Below, one piece after another: positions 55,782 through 64,000 of a stretch of 64,000 bases of DNA. Origin of the DNA: an uncultured Planctomycetaceae bacterium (lineage in GTDB: Bacteria; Planctomycetota; Planctomycetia; Planctomycetales; Planctomycetaceae); NCBI GenBank assembly GCA_964427725.1, contig CAYRVS010000007.1, forward strand, positions 7,255-71,254. Direction: 5' to 3'. Each line of letters begins with the position of its first letter. Position 1 is the stretch's first letter. Made by a program: the position numbers and the translations under genes. Under the pieces are notes generated by a model. It was not told the origin of the DNA and made no database searches. It saw only the letters and a list, made by a program, of their open reading frames with translations.

Positions 55782-58448
55782 TCAGTTCACCGAATTGACC
55801 GAGAACTCCGCGTTCAGGACCTGTTGCAGCTTGGTCTGCCTGTCGACCAGATGCGACTTCGTGTAGTCGTCGAGCTTCAGATCCTGCTTGGCGAGGGTCG
55901 CGTCGATGCGGCCTTTCAGCGTTTGCAGATGCATCCGGGCGAGGACCTTCGCGTCGCTGGGCGCGCCGCCCGAACTCCCCCCGCCGCCGAGGATGATGAT
56001 CAGCGAGGACGACCCGCCCGCCGGGACGACCATGCCGGCGAGCTGCCGCAACGCCGTCCGTTGCAGGTTCCGCCGGAAGCTCGCCACGAACGGTTTGCGA
56101 TTGGTGAAATCGCCCGCCGGCGGAGCGGTGAATTCCCCGAACACGCCGTCGGTGATGAGCTGCAGATGCTCGGCGAGCGTGTAGGCGTCCTGATCGGCGG
56201 GGACTTTGAGTTCGCCGTCATGAATCCGCGCCAGCATGCCGGAACTCAGGAGTTGCGACAGGACGATGTCCTGAAACTGCGCGACGGTCTGATGGATCGG
56301 ATAGTCGATCCGCGAGGCTTCATTGACACCCCAGTGACTCCACCGCGTCGCCGCCAACGAGTTGAGGAGATTGGGGTCGTAGACCGGGGGGACGAAGGCG
56401 ACTTCGGACATCAGTTTCATCGCCGCGCGCTGCTGCGCGGGGTCGATCACCTTGAACGGAACGCGGCCTTGCGGGTCCCCCTTGTGATCGCGATGGACCG
56501 AGACCCCGCCGGGGAGCCGCGCCGCGAACGCGACCGTCCGCCAGTACTCGCTGAGGAGCAGCCCGAACGCCTGCCGGGCCCGCTGGTAGCCTTCGCCGTC
56601 CTGCACGGCCCGTTCGAGAATCTTCGGCAGGAGCTCGTTGACCACCTTCACCTGCTGCTGCGCGTAGGCGACCGGGTCTTTTCCCAGGTCGAACCGGTTC
56701 GACAACGGATCGGGGTCGGACGACCGCGTGTCTTCATCGGTCGCATAGTCGAGCCCCGGTTCCGCCGCGCGGGCCGCGATCTTCGCCAGTTCGGCGGCCT
56801 CGTCCCCGGCGATCTCCTTGTAGCCGTACTCGATCGCCCAGTAATCGTACGGGCCGATGGTGGTGGTGTAATACGCAGTCTGCTTCACCCCCGTCGGGGC
56901 GAGGTTCACCGGGGCGTAATCCATCACGCTGGCGACGGTCGGCTCGCTGAGGGGCTTGTTCGGATCCTGAATCTCGGCGAGCGTCTTCCACGCCGACGCC
57001 TTGAAGTTGTGCCGCAGGCCCAGCGTATGGCCGACCTCGTGCATCGTCACTTCCTTGAGCGCCTGCTCGACGTATTCCGGCGGCAGTTCGCCGCGGGCGT
57101 CCATCAGGCCGCGGGCCATTAGCGCCGCGGCGGCGAAGCCCATCTGATGCTGCATCCCCACCGACAGCTTGCAGCCGTGCATGTCGTCCTTGAGGAACGG
57201 CAGCGTCTCGGCGGGGGTCGGGGTATAGCCGGGCACAATCAATTCGGCGGCGGTCTGCGTCGAGAAGTTCTCGTACTCCTGCTTCCAATACCGCAGGAAG
57301 CTGGCGTCGAAGATGATGTCGGCGTCGAGAATCTGCCCGGTCATCGGATTGACCCGCGACGGCCCCATCGCGAAACCCGCCTCGGCGGTGATCCAACGGA
57401 ACGTGTTGTACGAGACGTCTTCCGGATCCCAATCATCGTCGTCGCGCTGCTGGCGGACTTCGATCGCGTTGGCGTAACCGAGCTTCTCGAACGCCTTGTT
57501 CCATTCTTCGATCCCGCTCCGAACGATCGGCCGCAGCCCGATCGGCAGGGTCTTTTCGAGATAGAAAATGATCGGTTCCTTCGGCGGCGACAGCTTCGCC
57601 TTCGGATCGAGCTTCTGCAGATCCCACCGGGTGATGTACCGCACGAAGTTGCGGTCGTCGCTCATGTCCGAGAAGTCCTTCGACACCGCGAGGAAGTACC
57701 CCACGCGGTCGTCCGCCTTCCGCGGCTTGTACCCGGTCTGCGGCAGGGCGCTGATGCTGTAGTGGACCTGCACCTGCATGCCGCGGCTGTCGGGCACGGT
57801 CTCGAAGTCGTTCCCGGGCGACGCCTGATAGACCGCCGCGACCTGCAGTTCGACGTTGTCCTTGAACCCCTTGACCTTGTCGATCGTCGAGCGATCGATC
57901 ACGAACGCCGCGCCGAGATACCGGCCGATCTGCTCGTCGTCGCTGAGGAAAATCCGCGTGAAATCGACCAGATGGCCCCCCGGGCTGTCGACGACGATCG
58001 GCAGCGCGTAAAGGACGCTGTCGGTATAGGCCAGCTTGACGGCGCTCGCTTCGGGGCTGCCGGGGCGGGCTTTGAACCGGACGTTCTTGCGGATGACGTG
58101 AATCTTGTCGCCGACCTTGCGGAAGTTCCAGATGACGTCGTCCCCCCAGGTCATCCCGCCGATGACCATGCCGCTGCTGATCCCCTTGGCGATCGAGGTG
58201 AGGATCAGGAAGTCGCGATTGAGTTGCGCGGCCTTGAGATCGACGTAGACCCGCTGCTCTTTGAAGTAGACGGGCCACATCCCGTCGACCAGCTTCATCT
58301 CCTTGATGGCCTGATCGAACTTGGAAGGCTCGGGCGGGGTTTGGGCCGAGAGGGTCACCGGCCCGGCGACCAGCAGGCCCCCCAACAGTCCCAGCATCGC
58401 GGCGACCCGCAGGCCCCGGCCGTGACTCAGACGCGACATACCGACCAT
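55782..58448 (-). CDS. Secreted zinc-dependent metalloprotease (DUF5117/DUF4953-type)
   Basis: 888 aa with a signal peptide. It has the zinc motif MHEVGHTLGLRHNF followed by SVMDY. Confidence 0.85.
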   Translation of the reverse strand: MVGMSRLSHGRGLRVAAMLGLLGGLLVAGPVTLSAQTPPEPSKFDQAIKEMKLVDGMWPVYFKEQRVYVDLKAAQLNRDFLILTSIAKGISSGMVIGGMTWGDDVIWNFRKVGDKIHVIRKNVRFKARPGSPEASAVKLAYTDSVLYALPIVVDSPGGHLVDFTRIFLSDDEQIGRYLGAAFVIDRSTIDKVKGFKDNVELQVAAVYQASPGNDFETVPDSRGMQVQVHYSISALPQTGYKPRKADDRVGYFLAVSKDFSDMSDDRNFVRYITRWDLQKLDPKAKLSPPKEPIIFYLEKTLPIGLRPIVRSGIEEWNKAFEKLGYANAIEVRQQRDDDDWDPEDVSYNTFRWITAEAGFAMGPSRVNPMTGQILDADIIFDASFLRYWKQEYENFSTQTAAELIVPGYTPTPAETLPFLKDDMHGCKLSVGMQHQMGFAAAALMARGLMDARGELPPEYVEQALKEVTMHEVGHTLGLRHNFKASAWKTLAEIQDPNKPLSEPTVASVMDYAPVNLAPTGVKQTAYYTTTIGPYDYWAIEYGYKEIAGDEAAELAKIAARAAEPGLDYATDEDTRSSDPDPLSNRFDLGKDPVAYAQQQVKVVNELLPKILERAVQDGEGYQRARQAFGLLLSEYWRTVAFAARLPGGVSVHRDHKGDPQGRVPFKVIDPAQQRAAMKLMSEVAFVPPVYDPNLLNSLAATRWSHWGVNEASRIDYPIHQTVAQFQDIVLSQLLSSGMLARIHDGELKVPADQDAYTLAEHLQLITDGVFGEFTAPPAGDFTNRKPFVASFRRNLQRTALRQLAGMVVPAGGSSSLIIILGGGGSSGGAPSDAKVLARMHLQTLKGRIDATLAKQDLKLDDYTKSHLVDRQTKLQQVLNAEFSVNSVN

Positions 58449-58755
58449 ACCCGCGATCCTTCCGAACGATGCGACCCGAAATCAGCGTATCCGCGCGGCA
58501 CGCACGGACCAGTCAACAACACCGGGATGGGGACAAGCCCCATTCCCATCGTGTGAGACTCTTACGGATTATGGCCGCGCAAATGCTGGGAATGCACGCG
58601 CGAGCTTCACAAATCACCCAAGTTCCCCCGCTTCGCCCGAACCGCCCGGCATGCCCGGTGTTTCAGGCCATGCACGTTGCCGAAACGCCACAGTCCGCCG
58701 TCATGCCATGAACCGACAGATCACTTGCCACAATCACCAGCATCGTGGGGCCGAC

Positions 58756-58787
58756 AACGTTGATCCGCACAAACGTTGATCCGCACA
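58756..58787. repeat. Perfect 16-nt tandem duplication (AACGTTGATCCGCACA x2, then GTTGAC)
   Basis: Read directly, inside a 685-nt stretch with no convincing ORF. Confidence 0.8.
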
Positions 58788-59133
58788 GTTGACTCGCCGC
58801 TAACGTTTTGCCTGGATGGTAGTTCGGTCCCGACTCTGATTCCGAGGTGCAACCTCTCGACGCGGCGGTTGGAGCGTTCGTGGATTTCCCGTGGACCACG
58901 CCGAGTTTGATCGGCCGCCGAGAGTCAAGTGGCGTGCGTCGGAGAACCTCCCGGAAAACCGTGTGGCCGACTCGTAGCAGTCCTCCGCCAAAGGCCATCG
59001 CCTCCCCCGTGTCGACTTTGGCGAAGCACATGTCGCTTGGCGGTCGACTCCGGGCCAACGGATGACCCGTGACGGAACCGGCGGTAAGGTGAGCGATGAC
59101 AGCCGATGTTCGAGGCCGCCAAGCCCCGTGTGA

Positions 59134-59511
59134 ATGGAACCGTCGATGCCCACAATCATTCCCGCCCCCACCCTCATCACCGCCGCAGGCAACAAGCCGA
59201 AGCTGATCCGCGAGTATATCGGGCGGGTCAACTCACGAACGGCCGCGCTCAGCATCGCCCACATGCAGAGTCCCGGCGGGTGGATGGAGCCGGGGCAGCG
59301 GCCCGAGTTCGATGAGTACACCGTGGTCCTGCGCGGGATGTTGCGGGTCGAAAGCGAAGCGGGCACGTTCGATGTCGCCGCCGGCCAGGCGATCATCACC
59401 CATGCGGGAGAGTGGGTGCGTTATAGTACGCCGGAAGCCGAAGGGGCCGAGTACCTTGCGGTTTGTCATCCGGCGTTCGCCCCGACGACCGTTCATCGCG
59501 ATGCGGAGTAG
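59134..59511 (+). CDS. Cupin-domain protein
   Basis: 125 aa (alternative ATG at 59146). It has a single cupin beta-barrel pattern (GWMEPGQRPEFDEYTVVLRGML...AGQAIITHAGEWVRY). Confidence 0.6.
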   Translation: MEPSMPTIIPAPTLITAAGNKPKLIREYIGRVNSRTAALSIAHMQSPGGWMEPGQRPEFDEYTVVLRGMLRVESEAGTFDVAAGQAIITHAGEWVRYSTPEAEGAEYLAVCHPAFAPTTVHRDAE

Positions 59512-59550
59512 GCTTCGGGGGTGGCTCGACCCTCCCCGTGCGGTGCGGCT

Positions 59551-59692
59551 CGGAACTTGAAATCCGAAACTCGAAATCCGAAGCACGAAATCCGAAGGAC
59601 AACCCAAGCAGGAAGGGGAACACGCCAGCGGTTCGTCATGTTTTCCGCGGGTTGCTTCCTCCTTTCGGTTTCGTGCTTCGGATTTCGGATTA
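59551..59692. repeat. GAAATCCGAA-rich inverted repeat (related to the CACGAAA family)
   Basis: The left arm has three GAAATCCGAA-type units (CTTGAAATCCGAAACTCGAAATCCGAAGCACGAAATCCGAAGG). The right arm CCTTTCGGTTTCGTGCTTCGGATTTCGGATT is its imperfect reverse complement. Confidence 0.6.
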
Positions 59693-59744
59693 GCCTCCCT
59701 TGATCGCTTGTCATGCCGATCCAAGACCGACCGGTCCGCCCGCC

Positions 59745-61316
59745 ATGTCCGACATTGTCCTGACGACGCTCAACGCCCGATATCACCATGCGGCGTTCGG
59801 GTTGCGCTATCTCCATGCCAATCTGGGGGAGTTGAAAGCACGCGCGCGGATCCGCGAATTCACCATCCAGCAAGGTCCCCTCGAGATCGTCGAAACGCTC
59901 CTCGCCGAACGACCGCGGATCATCGGGTTTGGCGTCTACATCTGGAATGTCACCGAGCTGGAACGGGTCGTGTCGACGCTGCGGCGGCTGCGACCCGAGC
60001 TCATCCTCATCCTGGGCGGGCCGGAACTGACCGATCCCCAAGACCTGCCTCCGCTCTGCGCCGAAGCCGACGTCGTCATCACCGGCGAAGCCGATCTCGC
60101 GTTTGCGGAGTGCTGTCGCGCGTATTTGTCGGACGAGCCTCCCCCGCGCGGGACCACGCCGCGCGTCCTCGCGGCGCCGGTCCCCGATCTCGCGTCTGTG
60201 CGGCTCCCCTATGACGAATACACCGACGTCGATCTCGCCGACCGCGTGGTCTACGTCGAAGCCTCGCGCGGGTGCCCGTTCACCTGCGAATTCTGTCTCT
60301 CGGCCCTCGAGATTCCCGTCCGCCAATTCCCCCTCGAACCGTTTCTCGCGGCGGTTCAGCAACTGCTGGACCGCGGGTGTCGGCGGTTCAAGTTCGTCGA
60401 TCGGACGTTCAACCTGCAGCCTCGCGCGAGTCAGGCGATCCTGCGGTTCTTTCTGGAACGGCTGACCCCGGGCTTATTCCTCCACTTCGAGCTGATCCCC
60501 GATCGGCTCCCCGAGGGCCTGCGCGCGCTGATCACCCGATTTCCGCCCGGTGTCCTGCAGTTTGAAGTCGGGGTTCAGACGTGGAACGACGAGGTCTGCA
60601 TGTTGATCAGCCGGCGGCAAGACAACGCCGTCGCCGCGGCGAATCTCCGTTGGCTGCGCGCATCGACCGGTGTCCATCTCCATACCGATCTCATCATCGG
60701 CCTGCCGGGTGAAGACGTCGTCAGTTTCGCGGCGGGATTCGATCGGCTCGTCGCGCTCGCGCCGCAGGAGATTCAGGTCGGCATTCTGAAGCGGCTGCGC
60801 GGAACCCCGATCATCCGGCACGACGACAGCGGCCGGATGCGCTACAACCCCTATCCCCCGTACGAAATTCTCGCGACGCGTTGGATCGACTTCCCGACGA
60901 TGCAGCGGTTGCGACGGTTCGCCAAGACGTGGGATCTGATCGGCAACAGCGGCAATTTCGTCGAAACGATCTCCCGGTTCTGGCGTACTCGCCCCGGGTG
61001 CGACACCGCGGCGCGCTCACCATTCGCCGCGATCCTGGCCTTCAGCGACTGGTTGTATGAGGCGACCGGCCGCGTCCATGCGATCGCCTTGCCACGGTTA
61101 TTGGAACTGGTCTTCCGGTATCTCACCGAAGTCGACGGCCAAGCTCCGGCGGAGATCGCCCCGGTCCTTGAACGGGATTATCGTCACGGGGGACGCAGCG
61201 ATCGGCCGAAGTTCTTGGCCCCATGGCTCCCAAAGACGGAAGCCCGGCCGAAAGGCGCGACGGCGCCCGCCGGTCTCCCCAAACGCCAACAACGCCACCA
61301 ACAGGGGGCGGGTTGA
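59745..61316 (+). CDS. B12-binding-domain radical SAM protein with a DUF4080-type C-terminal region
   Basis: The track ORF is trimmed to the ATG at 59745 (MSDIVLTTLNARYHH), giving 523 aa. EASRGCPFTCEFC is the CxxxCxxC radical-SAM cluster motif, and an N-terminal B12-like Rossmann region precedes it. Confidence 0.85.
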   Translation: MSDIVLTTLNARYHHAAFGLRYLHANLGELKARARIREFTIQQGPLEIVETLLAERPRIIGFGVYIWNVTELERVVSTLRRLRPELILILGGPELTDPQDLPPLCAEADVVITGEADLAFAECCRAYLSDEPPPRGTTPRVLAAPVPDLASVRLPYDEYTDVDLADRVVYVEASRGCPFTCEFCLSALEIPVRQFPLEPFLAAVQQLLDRGCRRFKFVDRTFNLQPRASQAILRFFLERLTPGLFLHFELIPDRLPEGLRALITRFPPGVLQFEVGVQTWNDEVCMLISRRQDNAVAAANLRWLRASTGVHLHTDLIIGLPGEDVVSFAAGFDRLVALAPQEIQVGILKRLRGTPIIRHDDSGRMRYNPYPPYEILATRWIDFPTMQRLRRFAKTWDLIGNSGNFVETISRFWRTRPGCDTAARSPFAAILAFSDWLYEATGRVHAIALPRLLELVFRYLTEVDGQAPAEIAPVLERDYRHGGRSDRPKFLAPWLPKTEARPKGATAPAGLPKRQQRHQQGAG

Positions 61317-61603
61317 CGACGGGGTGAGAACTCGCCAAGCGAATGCCGGATCATCCCATCCACCGCGTCCTCGAGCGCGACAAGAAGCGGCGCGGCGTCA
61401 ACCCGCCGCACAGGCCGGAGCCGATGTCCGACGCAAGACCATGAGTCTGGGCTTCGCCGTCGCCACCGCGTTTCGACTCGTCCACCGAGTCGGTCGATTG
61501 AGACGGCGGGCGCTCGCGATGCAGGCGGGCGGGCGAATGGCTCGACGGGCTGACGCCACGCCGCTCCTCCTCGAGCTTCCGGCCCTCACATCGTCAGGGA
61601 TAT

Positions 61604-63223
61604 TCACGGCGATGGGGTGTACTCGAGCTTCGTCTGCGACAACCGCCGCTGCAATCGCTGCACATTCGCGGTGGTCACGCCGGTGTCCCGCAAATCGAGG
61701 TGCTGCAGCCGCGTCCACCGCGTGAGTCCCTCCAACGTCTGATCGGTGATCTTCGTGCCACGAAGCCGCAGCTCGACCACGTTCGTCAAGGGCTCGATGC
61801 GGGCGAGTATCCGACGCACGGCCTGATCATCGACCGCCGTCCCCTGGAGATCGACCACCACTCCGGCATCGTTCCGCACCAGCTTCCCGCCCGCGGAGGT
61901 GACCGCGGCGAGAGCGCGGCTGGTCTGGATCCCGGGGTAGGCCCGATCGAGACCGATCCCCAACACCAACGTCGCCACCAGCCAGCCGGCGGCGGCCCGT
62001 CGATACGTGGTCGGCGCGGACCCGAGCCGGCTGATGATCAACAGCGCCAAGACCGCCAGCATGGTGAAGCCGGCGAGCCACGCCGCGTTCATTTGCAACA
62101 CCCCGCTGAGGAGCCGGGTCCCGATGAGCGCCATCAGCGCCCCGGCGACCAACGTGAGATTGAGCATCGTCACCAGACCCAGCCCGCCGCTGAACATCGA
62201 GCGTTGTCGCCGTAAAGCGGCTTCCGTCTGCGTGAACAGGACCGCGAAGACCACCACCACGCCGACGATCAACCCTTCATAAACGTCGGCCCCCGTCTTG
62301 ATGATTTTCGAGACCCCGTCGATCACCGTCCGCAGGAAGAGCGCCCCGAGCAGCGTCCCGGGAATCGTCCCGATCCCCCCTTGCAGGCTGCACCCACCCA
62401 CCACGGCGGCGGCGATCGCGTTGAGTTCGTAACCCCGCCCCAACGTCTGCGGATCGGCGACGCTTTGATCGCAGATGTACAAAATCCCCGCCAGCGAGGC
62501 GAGAACCGAACTCAGGCAATAGGCGAGCCACTTCAACCGATCGGTCCGAATGCCGCTCAGCCGGGCCGCCTGTTCGTTCCCTCCCAGCGCATAGAGATGC
62601 CGGCCGTAGACCGTGCGGCTAAGCAAGAGCCAGCCCGCGACGCTGAGGACCAGCACCAGCACGACCGGCATCCAGACCGATTTGGCGAGATACCGCAGAT
62701 GGTCGTCGAAGACGCTGATCTGCGTGCTCGCCCCTCCTTGCACGGAGAGGGTGATCGATTCACAGATCGCCCGCGCGAGGCTCCGCAAGCCGACCAGCGT
62801 GGCGAGCGTCGCGACGAACGGCGGCAGGCCGATGACCGTGATCAGCCACGCATGCAGCGACCCGATGAGGAACCCGCTGACCAGTGTCCCGGCGATCGCG
62901 GTCGCGATCACCCACGTCGGCAACGGCTGCGACCGGGTCATCTCTTCGGGGGCGAGCCAGAGGAGCAGCGTCGCGCACAGCGTCCCGCTGAAGGCGATCA
63001 CCGAGCCGGTCGACAGATCGATCCCGCCGGCGATGATCACCACCGCCGAGCCGAGCGCGAACAGCGACAACATCGACCATTGCCGCGCGAGATCGACCAG
63101 CGACCCGCCGGGATTCCGCCAATAGTTGTGCTGGGCGTCGAGGACCGCCGTCAGGAGCGCGACGACGGCGATCGCCAAAATGAGGCTGGTTTCATGTCGC
63201 CGCCACAAAGACTGGCCCGTCAC
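61604..63223 (-). CDS. Sugar ABC-transporter permease (RbsC/AraH type) fused to a C-terminal LRR tail
   Basis: 539 aa. GGIDLSTGSV and about 10 TM segments are typical of ribose-type permeases. After one extra TM segment, the last ~95 aa read VVELRLRGTKITDQTLEGLTRWTRLQHLDLRDTGVTTANVQRL, the same RNI-like LRR type as LRR1 and LRR2. Confidence 0.8.
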   Translation of the reverse strand: MTGQSLWRRHETSLILAIAVVALLTAVLDAQHNYWRNPGGSLVDLARQWSMLSLFALGSAVVIIAGGIDLSTGSVIAFSGTLCATLLLWLAPEEMTRSQPLPTWVIATAIAGTLVSGFLIGSLHAWLITVIGLPPFVATLATLVGLRSLARAICESITLSVQGGASTQISVFDDHLRYLAKSVWMPVVLVLVLSVAGWLLLSRTVYGRHLYALGGNEQAARLSGIRTDRLKWLAYCLSSVLASLAGILYICDQSVADPQTLGRGYELNAIAAAVVGGCSLQGGIGTIPGTLLGALFLRTVIDGVSKIIKTGADVYEGLIVGVVVVFAVLFTQTEAALRRQRSMFSGGLGLVTMLNLTLVAGALMALIGTRLLSGVLQMNAAWLAGFTMLAVLALLIISRLGSAPTTYRRAAAGWLVATLVLGIGLDRAYPGIQTSRALAAVTSAGGKLVRNDAGVVVDLQGTAVDDQAVRRILARIEPLTNVVELRLRGTKITDQTLEGLTRWTRLQHLDLRDTGVTTANVQRLQRRLSQTKLEYTPSP

Positions 63224-63252
63224 GCTGGCACCGTTTCACATGGGGTTGATGC

Positions 63253-63562
63253 GAGGAACCACGGAACACACGGAACGGAAGGCGGGGAGGGAACCACGAA
63301 ACACACGAATGATCACGAAAAGGGAAAGGCGGGAGGGGATGAGTCAACACGTCGATGAAATGCCGGGAGGGTTCGTTCGCTCCACTTGAGCCAACACAGT
63401 CGCGGAAGGCATCGATGCCACCGTGGTTACCACCTTCACTTCCCGCGAAATGCCACATCAGCCGGCACGATGTTCGCCACCGACCCTTGCCTTCTTTCGT
63501 GACTTTTCGTGTGTTTCGTGGTTCCTCCCCGAATTCCTGCCGCGTCTTTCCGTGGTTCCCGC
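63253..63562. mobile_element. ~310-bp MITE-like element with ~80-bp imperfect terminal inverted repeats (CACGAAA family)
   Basis: The left arm is GAGGAACCACGGAACACACGGAACGGAAGGCGGGGAGGGAACCACGAAACACACGAATGATCACGAAAAGG. The reverse complement of the right arm (63485-63562) reads GCGGGAACCACGGAAAGACGCGGCAGGAATTCGGGGAGGAACCACGAAACACACGAAAAGTCACGAAAGAAGG. It has no coding capacity. Confidence 0.55.
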
Positions 63563-63573
63563 TCAGGCAAACC

Positions 63574-64000
63574 TCACGATCCCGACAGACCGTACTTGGC
63601 CAGCCATTCCTCGAAGGTCGACAGCGTCATGTGCTGGACCTTCGCCGGGAAGAGGTCGGCTTTGATCGGCGAATCCGCGCTCGGGACGACCACCTTCAGG
63701 CCGGTGTCGTAAATGTCGCCGTCGGGTTGGCCCAGGTTCGGCAGCATCTCCTGCAGCACCGGTTGCTCGTCCTTGAGGAGCGCCTTCAGGCAACGGACGC
63801 TTTGGTACCCCATCGCGTACGGATCCTGCACCACCATCACGTCGATGTCCCCCTGCTTCATCGCGGCGATGGCGAGCGGATCGGCGTCGAAGACCGTGAT
63901 CGCGAAGGTCTTGCGGTTCTGCTGCTCGCGCACCACGTCGACGATCGCCGGCGCGTTGTACGACCAGATCCCCACCAGCGTGTTGAGCCCCGGATGATTT
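63574..64000 (-). CDS. Periplasmic sugar-binding protein (type I PBP, RbsB-like), C-terminal part; the gene runs off the right edge
   Basis: ...IVDVVREQQNRKTFAITVFDADPLAIAAMKQGDIDVMVVQDPYAMGYQSV is the typical C-terminal lobe of ribose-type binding proteins. The frame stays open to position 64000. Confidence 0.7.
   Translation of the reverse strand, partial: NHPGLNTLVGIWSYNAPAIVDVVREQQNRKTFAITVFDADPLAIAAMKQGDIDVMVVQDPYAMGYQSVRCLKALLKDEQPVLQEMLPNLGQPDGDIYDTGLKVVVPSADSPIKADLFPAKVQHMTLSTFEEWLAKYGLSGS

Noticed and set aside
58756-58787. DnaA boxes / replication origin
   Set aside because: TTGATCCGCACA differs from the TTATCCACA-type consensus by an inserted base and substitutions. There are only two copies, and no dnaA or dnaN gene or AT-rich unwinding element is nearby.

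Overview
GC-rich segment (about two-thirds G+C by eye, not computed). The gene content points to a Planctomycetota-type chromosome: a DUF1549/DUF1553 + DUF1501 pair, DUF1080-type domains, several Uma2 nucleases, RNI-like LRR proteins and large multi-domain glycosyltransferases. I can support about 43 protein-coding genes, 3 gene remnants or frameshifted genes and several intergenic repeat families. I recognised no rRNA, tRNA or CRISPR array. Many long ORFs in the six-frame track are GC-driven antisense artefacts and are listed as rejected. Ordinary content: an ACT + UPF0210 pair, a DapA-family lyase, GH2, a PIG-L deacetylase, a deoxyhypusine-synthase-like protein, a quinone oxidoreductase, a PfkB kinase, HpnC, a ~1100-aa transglutaminase-family protein, MMPL and MATE exporters, an M16 peptidase, BtpA, a uronate-isomerase-like protein, a proline-racemase-family epimerase, a zinc metalloprotease, a cupin, a B12/radical-SAM protein and part of a sugar ABC transporter. 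Two regions stand out. (1) At 18.7-26.7 kb, a SUF Fe-S assembly locus (sufR-like, orphan nuoB, sufC, sufB, sufD, Rieske-SufT fusion) has a different Uma2 (DUF820) nuclease-like gene in each of three consecutive gaps. (2) At 38.1-50.3 kb, all on the minus strand, there are two copies of a translationally coupled module: a protein with a ~195-residue poly-Ser tract fused to a DUF1080-like domain, followed by a secreted LRR protein. The two poly-Ser tracts share a 278-nt identical stretch, and one copy is frameshifted. The copies are bounded by ~95-bp hairpin repeats that abut truncated gene remnants. They are linked to a GT4 glycosyltransferase and a 911-aa GT2-GT2-methyltransferase-GT32 fusion. 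I read this as a candidate, undescribed serine-rich glycoprotein locus; that is a hypothesis. Smaller observations: 30-nt perfect palindromes, a CACGAAA-rich MITE-like inverted-repeat family, a heptanucleotide microsatellite in a divergent promoter region, an ABC permease with an LRR tail, an EF-hand pair inside a DUF1549/DUF1553 protein, and a DUF4258 toxin-like pair in a lower-GC pocket. All family assignments come from reading the translations; no database search was run.
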